Assembly: GCA_016929645.1 (NCBI GenBank)
Contig: JAFGIK010000036.1
Coordinates: forward strand, 1 to 56,146
Direction of reading: 5' to 3'
Length of the DNA: 56,146 nucleotides
Source of the DNA: Candidatus Dojkabacteria bacterium
GTDB lineage: Bacteria > Patescibacteriota > Dojkabacteria > SC72 > JAFGCJ01
Shown: piece by piece, positions 19,061-29,676 of the stretch
Numbering within the stretch: the stretch's first letter is position 1
How the letters are laid out: each line of letters starts with the position of its first letter
Made by a program: the position numbers and the translations under genes
Notes under the pieces: generated by a model
Told to the model about the DNA's origin: nothing
The model's database searches: none
The model's input: the letters and a program-made list of their open reading frames with translations, nothing else

Positions 19061-20320
19061 ATGGATAAAAAAATATTACATGAAAAACTAGTAAAAGAGA
19101 TCTCCAAAGAAATAGCCCAAAAAAATTGTTTTTATTTCAAAAAACAGAAATTCCTTGTATCTAAAACCGGTTTATACCTATACAAAATGAAAAAAGAAGA
19201 AAAACGATTAAGAATAAGACAGGTACGAAAGTTCCATTCATTCTTTTCAAAACAATGGATTAATTTATTAAAACGGAAAATACATAAAATTAGAATTAGC
19301 GATTGGATCGGGATAGACTCAAAAGACATTGCTTTCGCAAAGGAATTTAATCCAAATGATAAAATTTGGACTCACTACTTTGGTCTTGATCTTTGTGGAA
19401 AAGATAGCAAAATATGCGATTTAAACAGCGATAGAACAACAATAGTCGGATATCAAGACGAATTTATTGAAGTCTTTAGTAAATATTTTCCAAAATCAAA
19501 ATATCAAGGATTTTATTATCAGCTAAACAAAACAATTAATAAAGAATACAAAGGAATCGATCCTAAAAAAGTTTTTGTACTAATATCTACTGAAGAGAGT
19601 CAAATAAAACCCATAACAAGCTTTGCTAACAGATTCAACTACTCCATCGGTGACATTACAAAATTCGATTCCAATAATATTGACTTGGTCATAAGACAGG
19701 TTAAGACTGAGGAAATATTAGCAAACAAGAAGAAATATTCAAAATTATTAAAATTCCTACGAGATGGAGGAAAAATAATAAATCCACTCGGCTCATATTT
19801 ACCAGGAAATAAAGGATGGATAACAATAATTAAAGTTCTAAGATTAATGCCAGATAATTGGTTTCCAAAGACCTGGCTAATTAGTAAAGGAATGGTTCTT
19901 GAGGATACAGGCAAAATATATAAAATTGAAGAAATTATTGATCAATTTAAAGACAAAAAAGGTGTAAATATAAGAAAAAATTATGTTATCAAAAAAGGAT
20001 TCAGTGCTGGTGGTTGGAAAGTAATGATAGGAAATCAGATGAGAAAAAATAAGTGGGAAAGTTTATGGAAAAAAATTATAAAAAGTAAAGATAGTTGGGT
20101 CGTAGAGAAAAAAGAAGAAAACAACATGACAAAAATATTAGTTGGCGATTGGGAAAGCCAAGATGACAAAATAATTACTTCAGAAAAATATTTAAATATA
20201 ATACAACGAATTTACTCATCTTCTGGAAAACCAGATCTTTTCTCTGGTGAAGTTTTTGGCAGTACTTCGGACAAAGTTAATGCTAGTGGGTATACTTTTC
20301 CAATTACCATAGACGACTAA
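19061..20320 (+). CDS. circularly permuted ATP-grasp / glutathionylspermidine-synthase-like ligase
   Basis: DLVIR, INPLGSYLPGNKG, FPKTW, YVIKKGFSAGGWKVMIG, WVVEK, KVNAS in the order typical of CP-grasp proteins. Confidence 0.55.
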   Translation: MDKKILHEKLVKEISKEIAQKNCFYFKKQKFLVSKTGLYLYKMKKEEKRLRIRQVRKFHSFFSKQWINLLKRKIHKIRISDWIGIDSKDIAFAKEFNPNDKIWTHYFGLDLCGKDSKICDLNSDRTTIVGYQDEFIEVFSKYFPKSKYQGFYYQLNKTINKEYKGIDPKKVFVLISTEESQIKPITSFANRFNYSIGDITKFDSNNIDLVIRQVKTEEILANKKKYSKLLKFLRDGGKIINPLGSYLPGNKGWITIIKVLRLMPDNWFPKTWLISKGMVLEDTGKIYKIEEIIDQFKDKKGVNIRKNYVIKKGFSAGGWKVMIGNQMRKNKWESLWKKIIKSKDSWVVEKKEENNMTKILVGDWESQDDKIITSEKYLNIIQRIYSSSGKPDLFSGEVFGSTSDKVNASGYTFPITIDD

Positions 20321-20333
20321 AATTGAGAATAAA

Positions 20334-21140
20334 TTAATTATCTCCAAGCAGAGACCATAGTGCAACATGAAAGGATTTGAACCCAGCGGCAATAGAACTC
20401 GATTTCACCTCTATAACATAAGGATTTTGTTTCTCCAGTTGAATTAAGGCCACAGAATCGTTAAAAATAATAAAATCAAATCCGGAAAAATGTGATTCAG
20501 CAGGTATAAATTTCACTTTATAGTTTTTAGAATAACCACCCTCCATACGTTTTTTTATAACTTCTCTAGCAAGTGGTGTATCAACAAGTATATCTCTAAC
20601 ATTTCTACTTATCTTTTGTTCAACAGCCCTTTTTTGAACTCCCAATCCATATTCAAAAACTTCATAATATTTATCAAGATTCGCATAAGAATAAACTTCT
20701 TCCTCCGTAACAGTCTTATAGTAGTATGATTTAACACTTGTCTTTCCTTCATAATAACGAATATTAACTTCAGCACGATTATCATTCCTTACTGAAGTGG
20801 TATTAAAACTCTCAATAAATTCCTCAAAATTTTTTTCAACACTCTCTATCTGCTTAAACTTGTTTTCAAGATCAAGCTTCTTTTCCATAATAAGAACTTT
20901 AATTTTGTTCAGATCCTCAGCAACAAGCTTTTTCCTTGAATGGTTAACTGTTTGACTTAATAAGCCTTTTTGCATAAGCCTTTCCACATTTTCTCTAACT
21001 GTCGTCCTAGGAATTTCTACTTTCCTCGTAAGATCTGCAATCGAAGAAGGACCAATCTCTAAAAGCTTAAGATATATCATAGTCTCAGTGTCGGAAATCC
21101 CCAATTTCTCCATAACCTCACTGATATTCGTAGTATTCAT
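20334..21140 (-). CDS. TrmB-family transcriptional regulator
   Basis: LGISDTETMIYLKLL...IPRTTV..L.QKGL wHTH; IRYYEG; start at ATG 21140 preferred over 21191. Confidence 0.85.
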   Translation of the reverse strand: MNTTNISEVMEKLGISDTETMIYLKLLEIGPSSIADLTRKVEIPRTTVRENVERLMQKGLLSQTVNHSRKKLVAEDLNKIKVLIMEKKLDLENKFKQIESVEKNFEEFIESFNTTSVRNDNRAEVNIRYYEGKTSVKSYYYKTVTEEEVYSYANLDKYYEVFEYGLGVQKRAVEQKISRNVRDILVDTPLAREVIKKRMEGGYSKNYKVKFIPAESHFSGFDFIIFNDSVALIQLEKQNPYVIEVKSSSIAAGFKSFHVALWSLLGDN

Positions 21141-21479
21141 GTGTTGGCAGATAAGTTTGAATTTAAAAACGGTAACGACGATTACCGTCAATTAGTTTAA
21201 ATTGATAATACATCACAGTTACATAAATGTCAATATAACTTATCATAACGGCAAAAGATTAATAGACCGTCGTATTCAACCGTTATCCAAGAGCTTCGTT
21301 ATATTTCATAAATTTACTCAGTTATCAAATTTTAACCATAATTTTTTACATAATTATGTAATTCTCTATTAATATCAGATTTTGTTGACACAAATACCAA
21401 TCGTAATACAAATTTGCTAATTGACACAAAGACAGTTAATAGTAAAATAGAAACAATAGTAAATTAAAAACTGCCAAAA

Positions 21480-22394
21480 ATGACCGGTCTTCAAGTATGG
21501 GAGCAAATAAAAAGATTGAAACTCGATAAACTACCCGAGGTATACGAGATACAAAAAAGTATTGTACCCTACTTTTACACAAATATACCAACAGGCTTAT
21601 TAAATAGAATTAATGACAAAATCAAACAACTTCTAAATCAATCAGTGCAACAGACACCTCTCGAAAATACTACAGATACTTCACAAAATGATGTACAAAT
21701 CAACAAATCAAAATCAGAAATCCTGATAAACACTGATATTGAAGACAAACAAGAAGATAAGTTTTTTGAGAACAAAGGAGAAAAAGAAACAAAGTCTCCC
21801 AACAGCACAGCAGCAATCAATGCTAAAATTGATAAAATCGAAAGGAGACTAGATTTAGTAATGGCTTTACTTAATAAACTAAATAACACTGCCAAACGAA
21901 ATACTTCAGAGTATGACTACAAATCAAGCACGTATGACGAACCACATCTAAATGAGAATACACCAATCAAGCCATTACCAATACCACCTGCACTAGAGTC
22001 TCACACAGACCCAAATATTACCAAACCAACAAAAACCTTGCCCAAAAGTGAAGATCCATCGTTTAAACCTAAACATCCTTTTTTTGATAAATTACAGAAA
22101 AACATCTCAAACATATCTCAACAACTGCAACCAGATCTACAAGAACAAAATACATCACAAAATCAACAACCTGATACCCAAACACCTCAATTTTCAAGTC
22201 CAGCACCAACAATACCACCACATACACAAGATTTGAACCAACCAAACACAACAAATCCTAATACTCCGCAAGGACCTACACAAGAGGATATAAAAAAACA
22301 GAATCAACAAAAAGATCAAGAACAACTTAATAGAGTAATGCAAAAACTAAACGAACTTCGCCAACAACGTCTAGTAGCAAACCAACAACAATAA
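21480..22394 (+). CDS. hypothetical protein with Q/P/T/N-rich disordered region and coiled coils
   Basis: 304-aa ORF preceded by TTGACA-16-TAAAAT (21421-21448). Confidence 0.7.
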   Translation: MTGLQVWEQIKRLKLDKLPEVYEIQKSIVPYFYTNIPTGLLNRINDKIKQLLNQSVQQTPLENTTDTSQNDVQINKSKSEILINTDIEDKQEDKFFENKGEKETKSPNSTAAINAKIDKIERRLDLVMALLNKLNNTAKRNTSEYDYKSSTYDEPHLNENTPIKPLPIPPALESHTDPNITKPTKTLPKSEDPSFKPKHPFFDKLQKNISNISQQLQPDLQEQNTSQNQQPDTQTPQFSSPAPTIPPHTQDLNQPNTTNPNTPQGPTQEDIKKQNQQKDQEQLNRVMQKLNELRQQRLVANQQQ

Positions 22395-22465
22395 GCATCA
22401 TCGAAATAATAATCACTCAAGATACAGCAAATTTTACAAACTGATAATGTCAGAACTCTAAAAAA

Positions 22466-23473
22466 CTATTCTAAATAACTCTCCCTATTATCAACTTCAA
22501 TTGTTACAGAGCCATTATCTGCCGAAAGTGAAACCCTGCCACCAACCGGAAATGTGAACCTTGGTTCAGTATGACCAAAATCAAAGTCTACTACAACAGG
22601 CAAATTACTAAGCTCTTTTTTAGATCCAATGATCTCCATTAATTTATCAAAAGTAATCCCACTATTATTTTGAAATCTTCCAATCACCAATCCTCTCACA
22701 TTTTCAAACCAATCTTGATGAAATATTGACTGCAAAAATCTATCAAGCAAAAGAGCATTAGTACCACAGTCATCTTCCAAGAATAGAACAATATCATCAA
22801 ACACTCTTACATATTCCGTACCGGAAAGAAGACAAAACGTACTTATATTACCACCAATAATAAAGCCTTCGGCATCACCCTCATTTATCACAACTGGACC
22901 CTGATTCTTAACAGGATTCCGACTATCCTGATCAATCCACCATTCATCATCACTCCACTCCAAACTTGGCTCAACAATAAATCTATCTTTTGACATAACA
23001 CATTTTTGAAAATGATCAACAGTATAATCCACCTGAGATTTCTGTCCAAAAGTCGAATAATGCGGTCCATAAAAGGTTACCAGTCCTGTTTTAGCAAGAA
23101 TTGCATTACATAATATTGTAATATCGGAATACCCGCAAAATACCTTAGGATTCTCAGCAATAATCTCCCAGTCAATATATTTCAAAAGTTGATTTGAATT
23201 GAAACCACCAATAACAGTTAGTACTCCATTGATATTTTTATCTGAAAATGCCCAATGTAGGTCCTCAACCCTGCTTTCAATCGATGAAGACAGAAAATCA
23301 TCAGATTCCTCAACATTTTTTCCAAAAATTAGCTCCAATCCAAGATCGTCGAAACGCTGCTTGGCAATTTCTCTGGTCTGTGCAGAGATTATAGACATCG
23401 ACCTTGAAGGAGCAATTACCGCTATTTTATCGCCTTTTCCTAAAGGCTTTGGAAAAATTGGTTTCATATACAT
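22466..23473 (-). CDS. S66 family LD-carboxypeptidase / MccF-like serine peptidase
   Basis: IAVIAPS, GGFNSNQLL, GYSDIT (Ser), FLED (Glu), FGHT (His). Confidence 0.92.
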   Translation of the reverse strand: MYMKPIFPKPLGKGDKIAVIAPSRSMSIISAQTREIAKQRFDDLGLELIFGKNVEESDDFLSSSIESRVEDLHWAFSDKNINGVLTVIGGFNSNQLLKYIDWEIIAENPKVFCGYSDITILCNAILAKTGLVTFYGPHYSTFGQKSQVDYTVDHFQKCVMSKDRFIVEPSLEWSDDEWWIDQDSRNPVKNQGPVVINEGDAEGFIIGGNISTFCLLSGTEYVRVFDDIVLFLEDDCGTNALLLDRFLQSIFHQDWFENVRGLVIGRFQNNSGITFDKLMEIIGSKKELSNLPVVVDFDFGHTEPRFTFPVGGRVSLSADNGSVTIEVDNRESYLE

Positions 23474-23523
23474 TAATGCTAATATTAATGTTTGTTAATT
23501 AATTCTATAATAATTCTCAACAT

Positions 23524-24945
23524 ATGGAAAATAACGTTCAGAAAACAGAAATTAACGGACAAACAGAAAAAAAAGAATGCAACATACCAAAGCTATCAAG
23601 AAGACAATTCCTGCAACTCACCGGGGCTGCTGGACTTCTTTTGGCAGTACAAAACGGATTTGAAGCGTCAAAGATTTACAGCCAGCTAAAAGAGCAACTT
23701 GATAAAGATTATGAATACGCTAGACGATTCTCTACTCCTGAGGCATTTTTCAAAGAAAATCAAAGCTGGTTAAGTCAAATAGAGGTAGGCTGGAACTTCA
23801 GAGTCAGCCATATGCTTTACGTGTCAGCAAAAACTGGCATCCCATTTGGTAAAGGCCAAGGCATAATTCCAGAGGCGATCTTTGTTGCGGATGTAATAAA
23901 CGAAAAGTTAGCAATGACAAAAGGCAGACTAGGAATTCGCTTAAGCGAGGTGTTACCAACAGATGTAACTAAATGTAACCTTGATGATCCACAGCTAAAT
24001 ATGGACTTTTATCGCCCATGGCTTGATCAATTTCAGGCCTGCAACCAAAAGCTATATATAAGCCCAGGCATAAAGTCGCCTGGATGGCCGGAAATTCATA
24101 TCCCTAATGCATATATCAAAAAAATATATCAACAAGCAGGCATGGAAACCCCAAATAACAGTCACTTAATACACAAAGATGATCCATTAGCCAAATTCGC
24201 ACTCAAAGCGATGGCTCAGGTATACCAATATTTCCAAGAAAATTACCCGAACTTGATAGCCGGAATCGTCCCAGAAAACGAGCATAACAATAAATTTGGC
24301 CCTAATGGAAGACAATGGTTACTAGCAGACGATTATTTAATACTAGCTTCCCAACTAGCAAACCATTATTTTCCAGATGTTCCAATTATCATGAACTGTC
24401 CTGGAACTAGGAATACATTAAGAAAAACAATCAAGTCAATAAACATAGTTAGTGCAGCAGTACCAAAAATTCCATATTTTATTGCAGGAATCAACTCATA
24501 TCACATGCAGCCATATACCAGAGAATTTGGTGATAATTATCTTATGACAAGACTAAATGACCTTTTCTGGCTTGGTTTATTTATGGGAAAGCTAGAGCCA
24601 CAAATACAACAACTGGATAAAAGAGGCAATAAAGTTATTATCACAGAGGCTCAAGCAGAGCCATGGTATAACAATAACGACAAACACCCGGATATGTTCA
24701 AACCGGGAAACGATTTTCAATTCTTCTGCTTCTTTCTTATTAGAATGATGCGATACTGGTGCCAGGATCAGGAGATATCTGATTTTTCGTTGCCCAACTA
24801 TGTAAATGAAAGAGTTGAGATTTTACTTTGGGGCATTGAAGAGCTTACTCGTCATATGATGAGAGGCGAAAATGACAACTATACGATGGAGCATGAAAAA
24901 ATTATCAGACTAATAAATATGATTGGAGCTCAAAATTTGCGCTGA
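23524..24945 (+). CDS. putative clan GH-A glycoside hydrolase with twin-arginine-like signal
   Basis: SRRQFLQL + hydrophobic helix; GIKSPGWPEIHIP, ENEH (acid/base-like), ITEAQAEPW (nucleophile-like), LLWGIE. Confidence 0.6.
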   Translation: MENNVQKTEINGQTEKKECNIPKLSRRQFLQLTGAAGLLLAVQNGFEASKIYSQLKEQLDKDYEYARRFSTPEAFFKENQSWLSQIEVGWNFRVSHMLYVSAKTGIPFGKGQGIIPEAIFVADVINEKLAMTKGRLGIRLSEVLPTDVTKCNLDDPQLNMDFYRPWLDQFQACNQKLYISPGIKSPGWPEIHIPNAYIKKIYQQAGMETPNNSHLIHKDDPLAKFALKAMAQVYQYFQENYPNLIAGIVPENEHNNKFGPNGRQWLLADDYLILASQLANHYFPDVPIIMNCPGTRNTLRKTIKSINIVSAAVPKIPYFIAGINSYHMQPYTREFGDNYLMTRLNDLFWLGLFMGKLEPQIQQLDKRGNKVIITEAQAEPWYNNNDKHPDMFKPGNDFQFFCFFLIRMMRYWCQDQEISDFSLPNYVNERVEILLWGIEELTRHMMRGENDNYTMEHEKIIRLINMIGAQNLR

Positions 24946-24969
24946 GCTAGCTGAGCTAAACGCAAAAAA

Positions 24970-25821
24970 CTATTTCATTTCAATTAAAATTTCCTCATAA
25001 TATCTGACTTCCCAACTGTAAAGACCAGTATCAAGAAAGTCCTTTACGACGACATCTGGCGTTGATGAAACATCCTTGACTGTCGCATGCCCAAAATCAC
25101 TTGCATTATCACGAGATGGAAACATAATTGCCAGATTCATTGGCTTGCCGGCATAAGCATATACAAGAGCTCGAAAAATCGATTGTTCAAGACAATAACC
25201 AGCCTTTGACTCGGCCAGATCAGACAATTTTACAGGATCCTGTTCACTCGACTTTGCCATTTTTTCATCATAATTAAAATCTTCAATATTTAGTGCTGAG
25301 AAATTCTGTTTTGAAAAATCATACAATGCAGAAGAATCATCAACCATAGATGTTCCTTGCTCGATTAGTGAATTCAGATATGGGTCAGAAATATCCGCAA
25401 GGACATTCTGCTCATCCGAGAGAAACAAGATATCACCATTTGACGCAAAATTCACAACTACAGGTACAAAATCAGGATCCTGATTTTCCATAGCATTCAC
25501 TTGCCCATCGCTTACATCAATATCAAAGTTCTTGATTGTTATATCAAATGTATCGTTTGATAACTGACTCTCAAAACTTACATCTCGATCAGATCCAGTA
25601 TTTTTGTCATCTTCAGATTGACCATCGCCACTGTCCGACGATTCCGACACATCATCATCACCGGACTCATCAGAAGTATCATCTTTCTGTAATTCATCTT
25701 TTTTAACAGTTTTAATATTTGATAAAATTAAAATCACAAGAACTAAAGACACAATAATACAAGCGACAATACCCGTAGCACCCAAAAGGCCGCCAAAAAG
25801 GATTCTATTTTTCCGATTCAT
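24970..25821 (-). CDS. membrane-anchored transglutaminase-like / cysteine protease domain protein
   Basis: N-terminal TM, D/S-rich linker, GYCLEQS (Cys) ... GHA (His) ... FLD. Confidence 0.55.
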   Translation of the reverse strand: MNRKNRILFGGLLGATGIVACIIVSLVLVILILSNIKTVKKDELQKDDTSDESGDDDVSESSDSGDGQSEDDKNTGSDRDVSFESQLSNDTFDITIKNFDIDVSDGQVNAMENQDPDFVPVVVNFASNGDILFLSDEQNVLADISDPYLNSLIEQGTSMVDDSSALYDFSKQNFSALNIEDFNYDEKMAKSSEQDPVKLSDLAESKAGYCLEQSIFRALVYAYAGKPMNLAIMFPSRDNASDFGHATVKDVSSTPDVVVKDFLDTGLYSWEVRYYEEILIEMK

Positions 25822-25929
25822 GTTTTTTAAGAAGTTAAAAATAAGTGTTGATACTCAAATATTAACACTTATTGCTAAGGAAAATATACTATTGCGTTTT
25901 TCATCAGAAAATCAACGATGAGATGAAAG

Positions 25930-28900
25930 TTATCGACCTATGCCACCACGATTTTTTTCACGTTTTAATTCTTCATCAACAACATGGGGATCTACGTGAG
26001 ATACAAGGGTAAGTAATAAAAAAGGATATGAGAAAACTCTATTTTGCCACTTTACAATAGATTGTCTAACACCTTCCTGTACTCCATATTGTCCCCTAGC
26101 TTCAAAGGCATTATATACGCAGGCTCTATCATGTAGTTTTTCCAAAAACTTACGACCGAGAACTTTAGGGAACGCAGACACGGCTTTAGCTCTATTTGCA
26201 GCAGCTACAAGCAATTTCCTTATTGATTCCGTTCCTAAATATGCTTTGAAGTTCTTAAACAGACTAATTATTCCTTCTGCAATACCATCGACCATCCTTT
26301 TTCCAATTTCCTCTGACACTGATATTAACCACAAATCATGATCGGAGAAGACTGGTATATTTGAAGTACATGTCATTATATAGCCATCTTGTTCCTCTTT
26401 GAAAGCAAACAGTCCATTCAATGTAGGATATAATCCATTCAATGTAGGATCACCACGAAATCTGTTTGAAATTACATCGTATTGACCCTTTGTTATTGTT
26501 ATACTTCTATCTTTCTCATCCTTGCTTCCAGAAAACAGGACATTTATAGCATCGACATCCCCGCCAAGACACTGCGTTAAAACACCTTTATCATCATCCG
26601 TTATCAGAGTATAATTTCTTTGAGATTGCACCACGTTACAGAATTCAAAGTATTTTTCACCAAGCTTTTCCTTATCGCTTTCTGTTACTAAGACCGATTT
26701 TGTGTAATATGTAAGGTTAGCAAATATTTCAGGATTAATTTCACGTAAATCTTCAAGGCCAAGACCGGCAGCTCTTGCACCAGCAATATCTAGTATATAT
26801 ATCGTAGATTTAGGACTACCAAACAAAACATCAAAACGACGATTATCACTACCAATATTGAGCATCCTCATAACAGATTGCACCTGGTGAGGAGTCAACT
26901 TAAGTATCATGTTAACAACAAGATTTGCAAGAAAATCAGTAATAGGCTCAGACATTTCACCATCCACTGACTCTCCAGTAATTCTCTTACCACTCATATC
27001 TGATACAAGGGCTGTATCGTAAAGTTCTTCAATAGATTTTAGCAACTTTATCAATGAAGGAAGTTTAAGCATAGGTGTTTCACCAGAAGTAAGATCTGCA
27101 TTCAATTCTTGAACCAGGCCTTCATTATATATTGGTCCCAAAGATATCAGGCCTTCCCACATTGCAATCCCACATGCTCTTTCTAAAGCTTCCATAATCC
27201 CTTTTTCAGCAACACTCCCAGCAGCATCTTGATATAATGCGCATAATAATGAAGGAAACGTTCCCACAGGTCGATGCTCACCTTCCCTCCACTCCTGAAG
27301 GATTCCATCTATCTGCTCCTGAGTACACCAAGCGTTTAAAGCATCATGATCAAAAATACCTTCATATAAACTCAGAGGAAGCATCGCATATAAATCTGCA
27401 GATACACCGTCAGCCTTTTCTGTTGGACCCAAAGGCTTAAATCCGGTTGCTCTTTCAAGCAGTGTAACTCTTTCAGCTAAAAGTGGCATACGACTAGAAG
27501 TATCTCTCGCTTCAAGAACATCATCCCAGCGCGCAGTAAGTACTTCACCTGCCATAACTCTAAGTTTATGCTCCAATTGGGCATTTTCGACATCACGATC
27601 ATATCCGCTAATCACACTTGAAACCTTGGCAAGACGCAATAGCAGCTCCACTCGACTCCTAGCTACAGCAACAATGTTTGAGCCAGATTCACTATCTACT
27701 ACCTTGAGAAAATTATCAACAAGTGAAGAATCTCTTCCTCTTGGTTCAGGACTTACTGAACGACCCAACTTTGGACTTGTCCTGGCTAAATAATCAGCCT
27801 GTTCTATCATCTGACTTGCATCTTCTGAAGTAAATCTATCATTCCCATAATCCATTACGGTCACACCTGATAAAATCTTATCCAGAGCAAAGTCAACCCT
27901 GAAATATGATGAAAGTAACAACATATCAGATAAAGCAACCACCGCGTTATGCTGCTCACCTGTAATCTTACCTTCTTTTAGTCTTGATAACAGAATTTCA
28001 TAAAAATGATCTAAGCGCTCGACATCTGCATCATCCGTACTTATTAAATTGATAATATGCCTGGCACTTCCAAAATTTAATAGGGTCTGTGCAACATCAG
28101 GACATTGGGCTACGGGAAGCTCTTCAATATACCTTCGCCAATCTTCAATATCATGGAAATACGCTTCTGCACCACTTAAATGCTGGGTAGCCAAATCATT
28201 ATCTTTTCGTTTTCTATCTTCAAAATCGGCAACAGTTTCATGAATTGCACGGGAATCTAAAAGTATCTCAGGTAAAAGATTGGAATAACCGTTATTTACA
28301 ACATTATCTACTAAATTATAGGATTGACGGAAAGCTTTACCTTCAGAAGAAGGATAAACACAGCGTTCATAACATCCACGCAAATAGGCATATCCCGAAA
28401 AAGAAGAAGTATCACAAAGAGACACAATGCCAAGAGTATTTTCAATATTCGAAATAGTTTGTTCTGATCCTAATATACTGGAAATCAATACATTTAATTG
28501 TTCTGCATTTTGATAACCTGATGTCAGAATTTCAGCAATTCGCTGAGGCATATCTTTTCGTTTTGATCCTTTATGCCAGGATTTAAGAACCTCATAAACC
28601 AGCCTTGATTGAATGTTTTTAAGCTGAGTATCTGGACTGGAAAACGCCCGAAACATACCACAAAGATTTTGCTCAAAGCTAGAATGCAAATTTTTAGATA
28701 ACCTCCTGCCGGATCTATTATCATCCAATCCTTTTAGCTGGTCTTTTTCCAATTCAAGATAAAGACCTAAAAGCTTGGAATTCCTTGGATCTGAAGAAAA
28801 TTTCTCACTAAGTTGAGGTATATACTCTAATGGGAATTGATCCTTTTTGCTAGGGGTAAGAAACTTAAAATCGCGATTGAGATTTTCAATATAACGAGGA

Positions 28901-29019
28901 TTACTATAGACCGCAGCCAAATCATGACCCCAGGTTTTCTTATCAAAAACCAAATGATGCTCACCCGAGCCTTCGCAACCAGAAGTCCAATTATCTCTTG
29001 CGTATGATTTAACATCCAT
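25930..29019 (-). CDS. large hypothetical protein (1029 aa)
   Basis: Long uninterrupted ORF, helical-looking composition, no motif recognised. Confidence 0.8.
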   Translation of the reverse strand: MDVKSYARDNWTSGCEGSGEHHLVFDKKTWGHDLAAVYSNPRYIENLNRDFKFLTPSKKDQFPLEYIPQLSEKFSSDPRNSKLLGLYLELEKDQLKGLDDNRSGRRLSKNLHSSFEQNLCGMFRAFSSPDTQLKNIQSRLVYEVLKSWHKGSKRKDMPQRIAEILTSGYQNAEQLNVLISSILGSEQTISNIENTLGIVSLCDTSSFSGYAYLRGCYERCVYPSSEGKAFRQSYNLVDNVVNNGYSNLLPEILLDSRAIHETVADFEDRKRKDNDLATQHLSGAEAYFHDIEDWRRYIEELPVAQCPDVAQTLLNFGSARHIINLISTDDADVERLDHFYEILLSRLKEGKITGEQHNAVVALSDMLLLSSYFRVDFALDKILSGVTVMDYGNDRFTSEDASQMIEQADYLARTSPKLGRSVSPEPRGRDSSLVDNFLKVVDSESGSNIVAVARSRVELLLRLAKVSSVISGYDRDVENAQLEHKLRVMAGEVLTARWDDVLEARDTSSRMPLLAERVTLLERATGFKPLGPTEKADGVSADLYAMLPLSLYEGIFDHDALNAWCTQEQIDGILQEWREGEHRPVGTFPSLLCALYQDAAGSVAEKGIMEALERACGIAMWEGLISLGPIYNEGLVQELNADLTSGETPMLKLPSLIKLLKSIEELYDTALVSDMSGKRITGESVDGEMSEPITDFLANLVVNMILKLTPHQVQSVMRMLNIGSDNRRFDVLFGSPKSTIYILDIAGARAAGLGLEDLREINPEIFANLTYYTKSVLVTESDKEKLGEKYFEFCNVVQSQRNYTLITDDDKGVLTQCLGGDVDAINVLFSGSKDEKDRSITITKGQYDVISNRFRGDPTLNGLYPTLNGLFAFKEEQDGYIMTCTSNIPVFSDHDLWLISVSEEIGKRMVDGIAEGIISLFKNFKAYLGTESIRKLLVAAANRAKAVSAFPKVLGRKFLEKLHDRACVYNAFEARGQYGVQEGVRQSIVKWQNRVFSYPFLLLTLVSHVDPHVVDEELKREKNRGGIGR

Positions 29020-29144
29020 AGCTTAATATTTACGCCTTATCTATAAAATAATGGGCTAGATTTGCCGCCATTATATCATCAGTTATAGAGCCAAACAATA
29101 GCATAATAGTTTTCGATAATACTCAAAGAAATCTACCAAATTAC

Positions 29145-29627
29145 CTATTTTTCGGGCTTTTCAAAATCCTTATCCCACTCAATCAAAATATCCTCTTTGT
29201 TATCAGGATTAATAAGCACAGGCAGCTCAATACCCCTTACAAGTCTGCCAATATCTAAAATATCAACAATTTCTTTATGTTTAATCGTATATTTTCCAAA
29301 CATACTGTTATCAATTTCAAATGTCATCTCCAGCTGGGGCTGATCATTGACAGTAAGGCCTGTTCTCTCGCAGCCTATCAACCGAGCATTTCCAGACAAA
29401 CCGACTTCATGGAATCTCTGCACACGTTTCAGATTCTTTTTTTCAAGATAGTTCAAAAACATCACTAATCCTATGGGAAAAATCGTAAAACTCATACCCA
29501 TAATAAAGAAAAACCACCGAAGCGAAAACCCATCATCAGTCAAAGCCTCAGGATCAGTGAAGAAAATTGCTATAAAAAAACCTATTCCGACAAGAAATTG
29601 AGGGATAACAAAAAGGAATTTGGACAT
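29145..29627 (-). CDS. 2-TM membrane protein with C-terminal OB-like domain
   Basis: Two TM helices, then TGLTVNDQP...V.INPDN pattern. Confidence 0.7.
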   Translation of the reverse strand: MSKFLFVIPQFLVGIGFFIAIFFTDPEALTDDGFSLRWFFFIMGMSFTIFPIGLVMFLNYLEKKNLKRVQRFHEVGLSGNARLIGCERTGLTVNDQPQLEMTFEIDNSMFGKYTIKHKEIVDILDIGRLVRGIELPVLINPDNKEDILIEWDKDFEKPEK

Positions 29628-29676
29628 AATTATAAAAGAATTAGTTTAATTATAGGGCAAATATAAAAATTAAATA

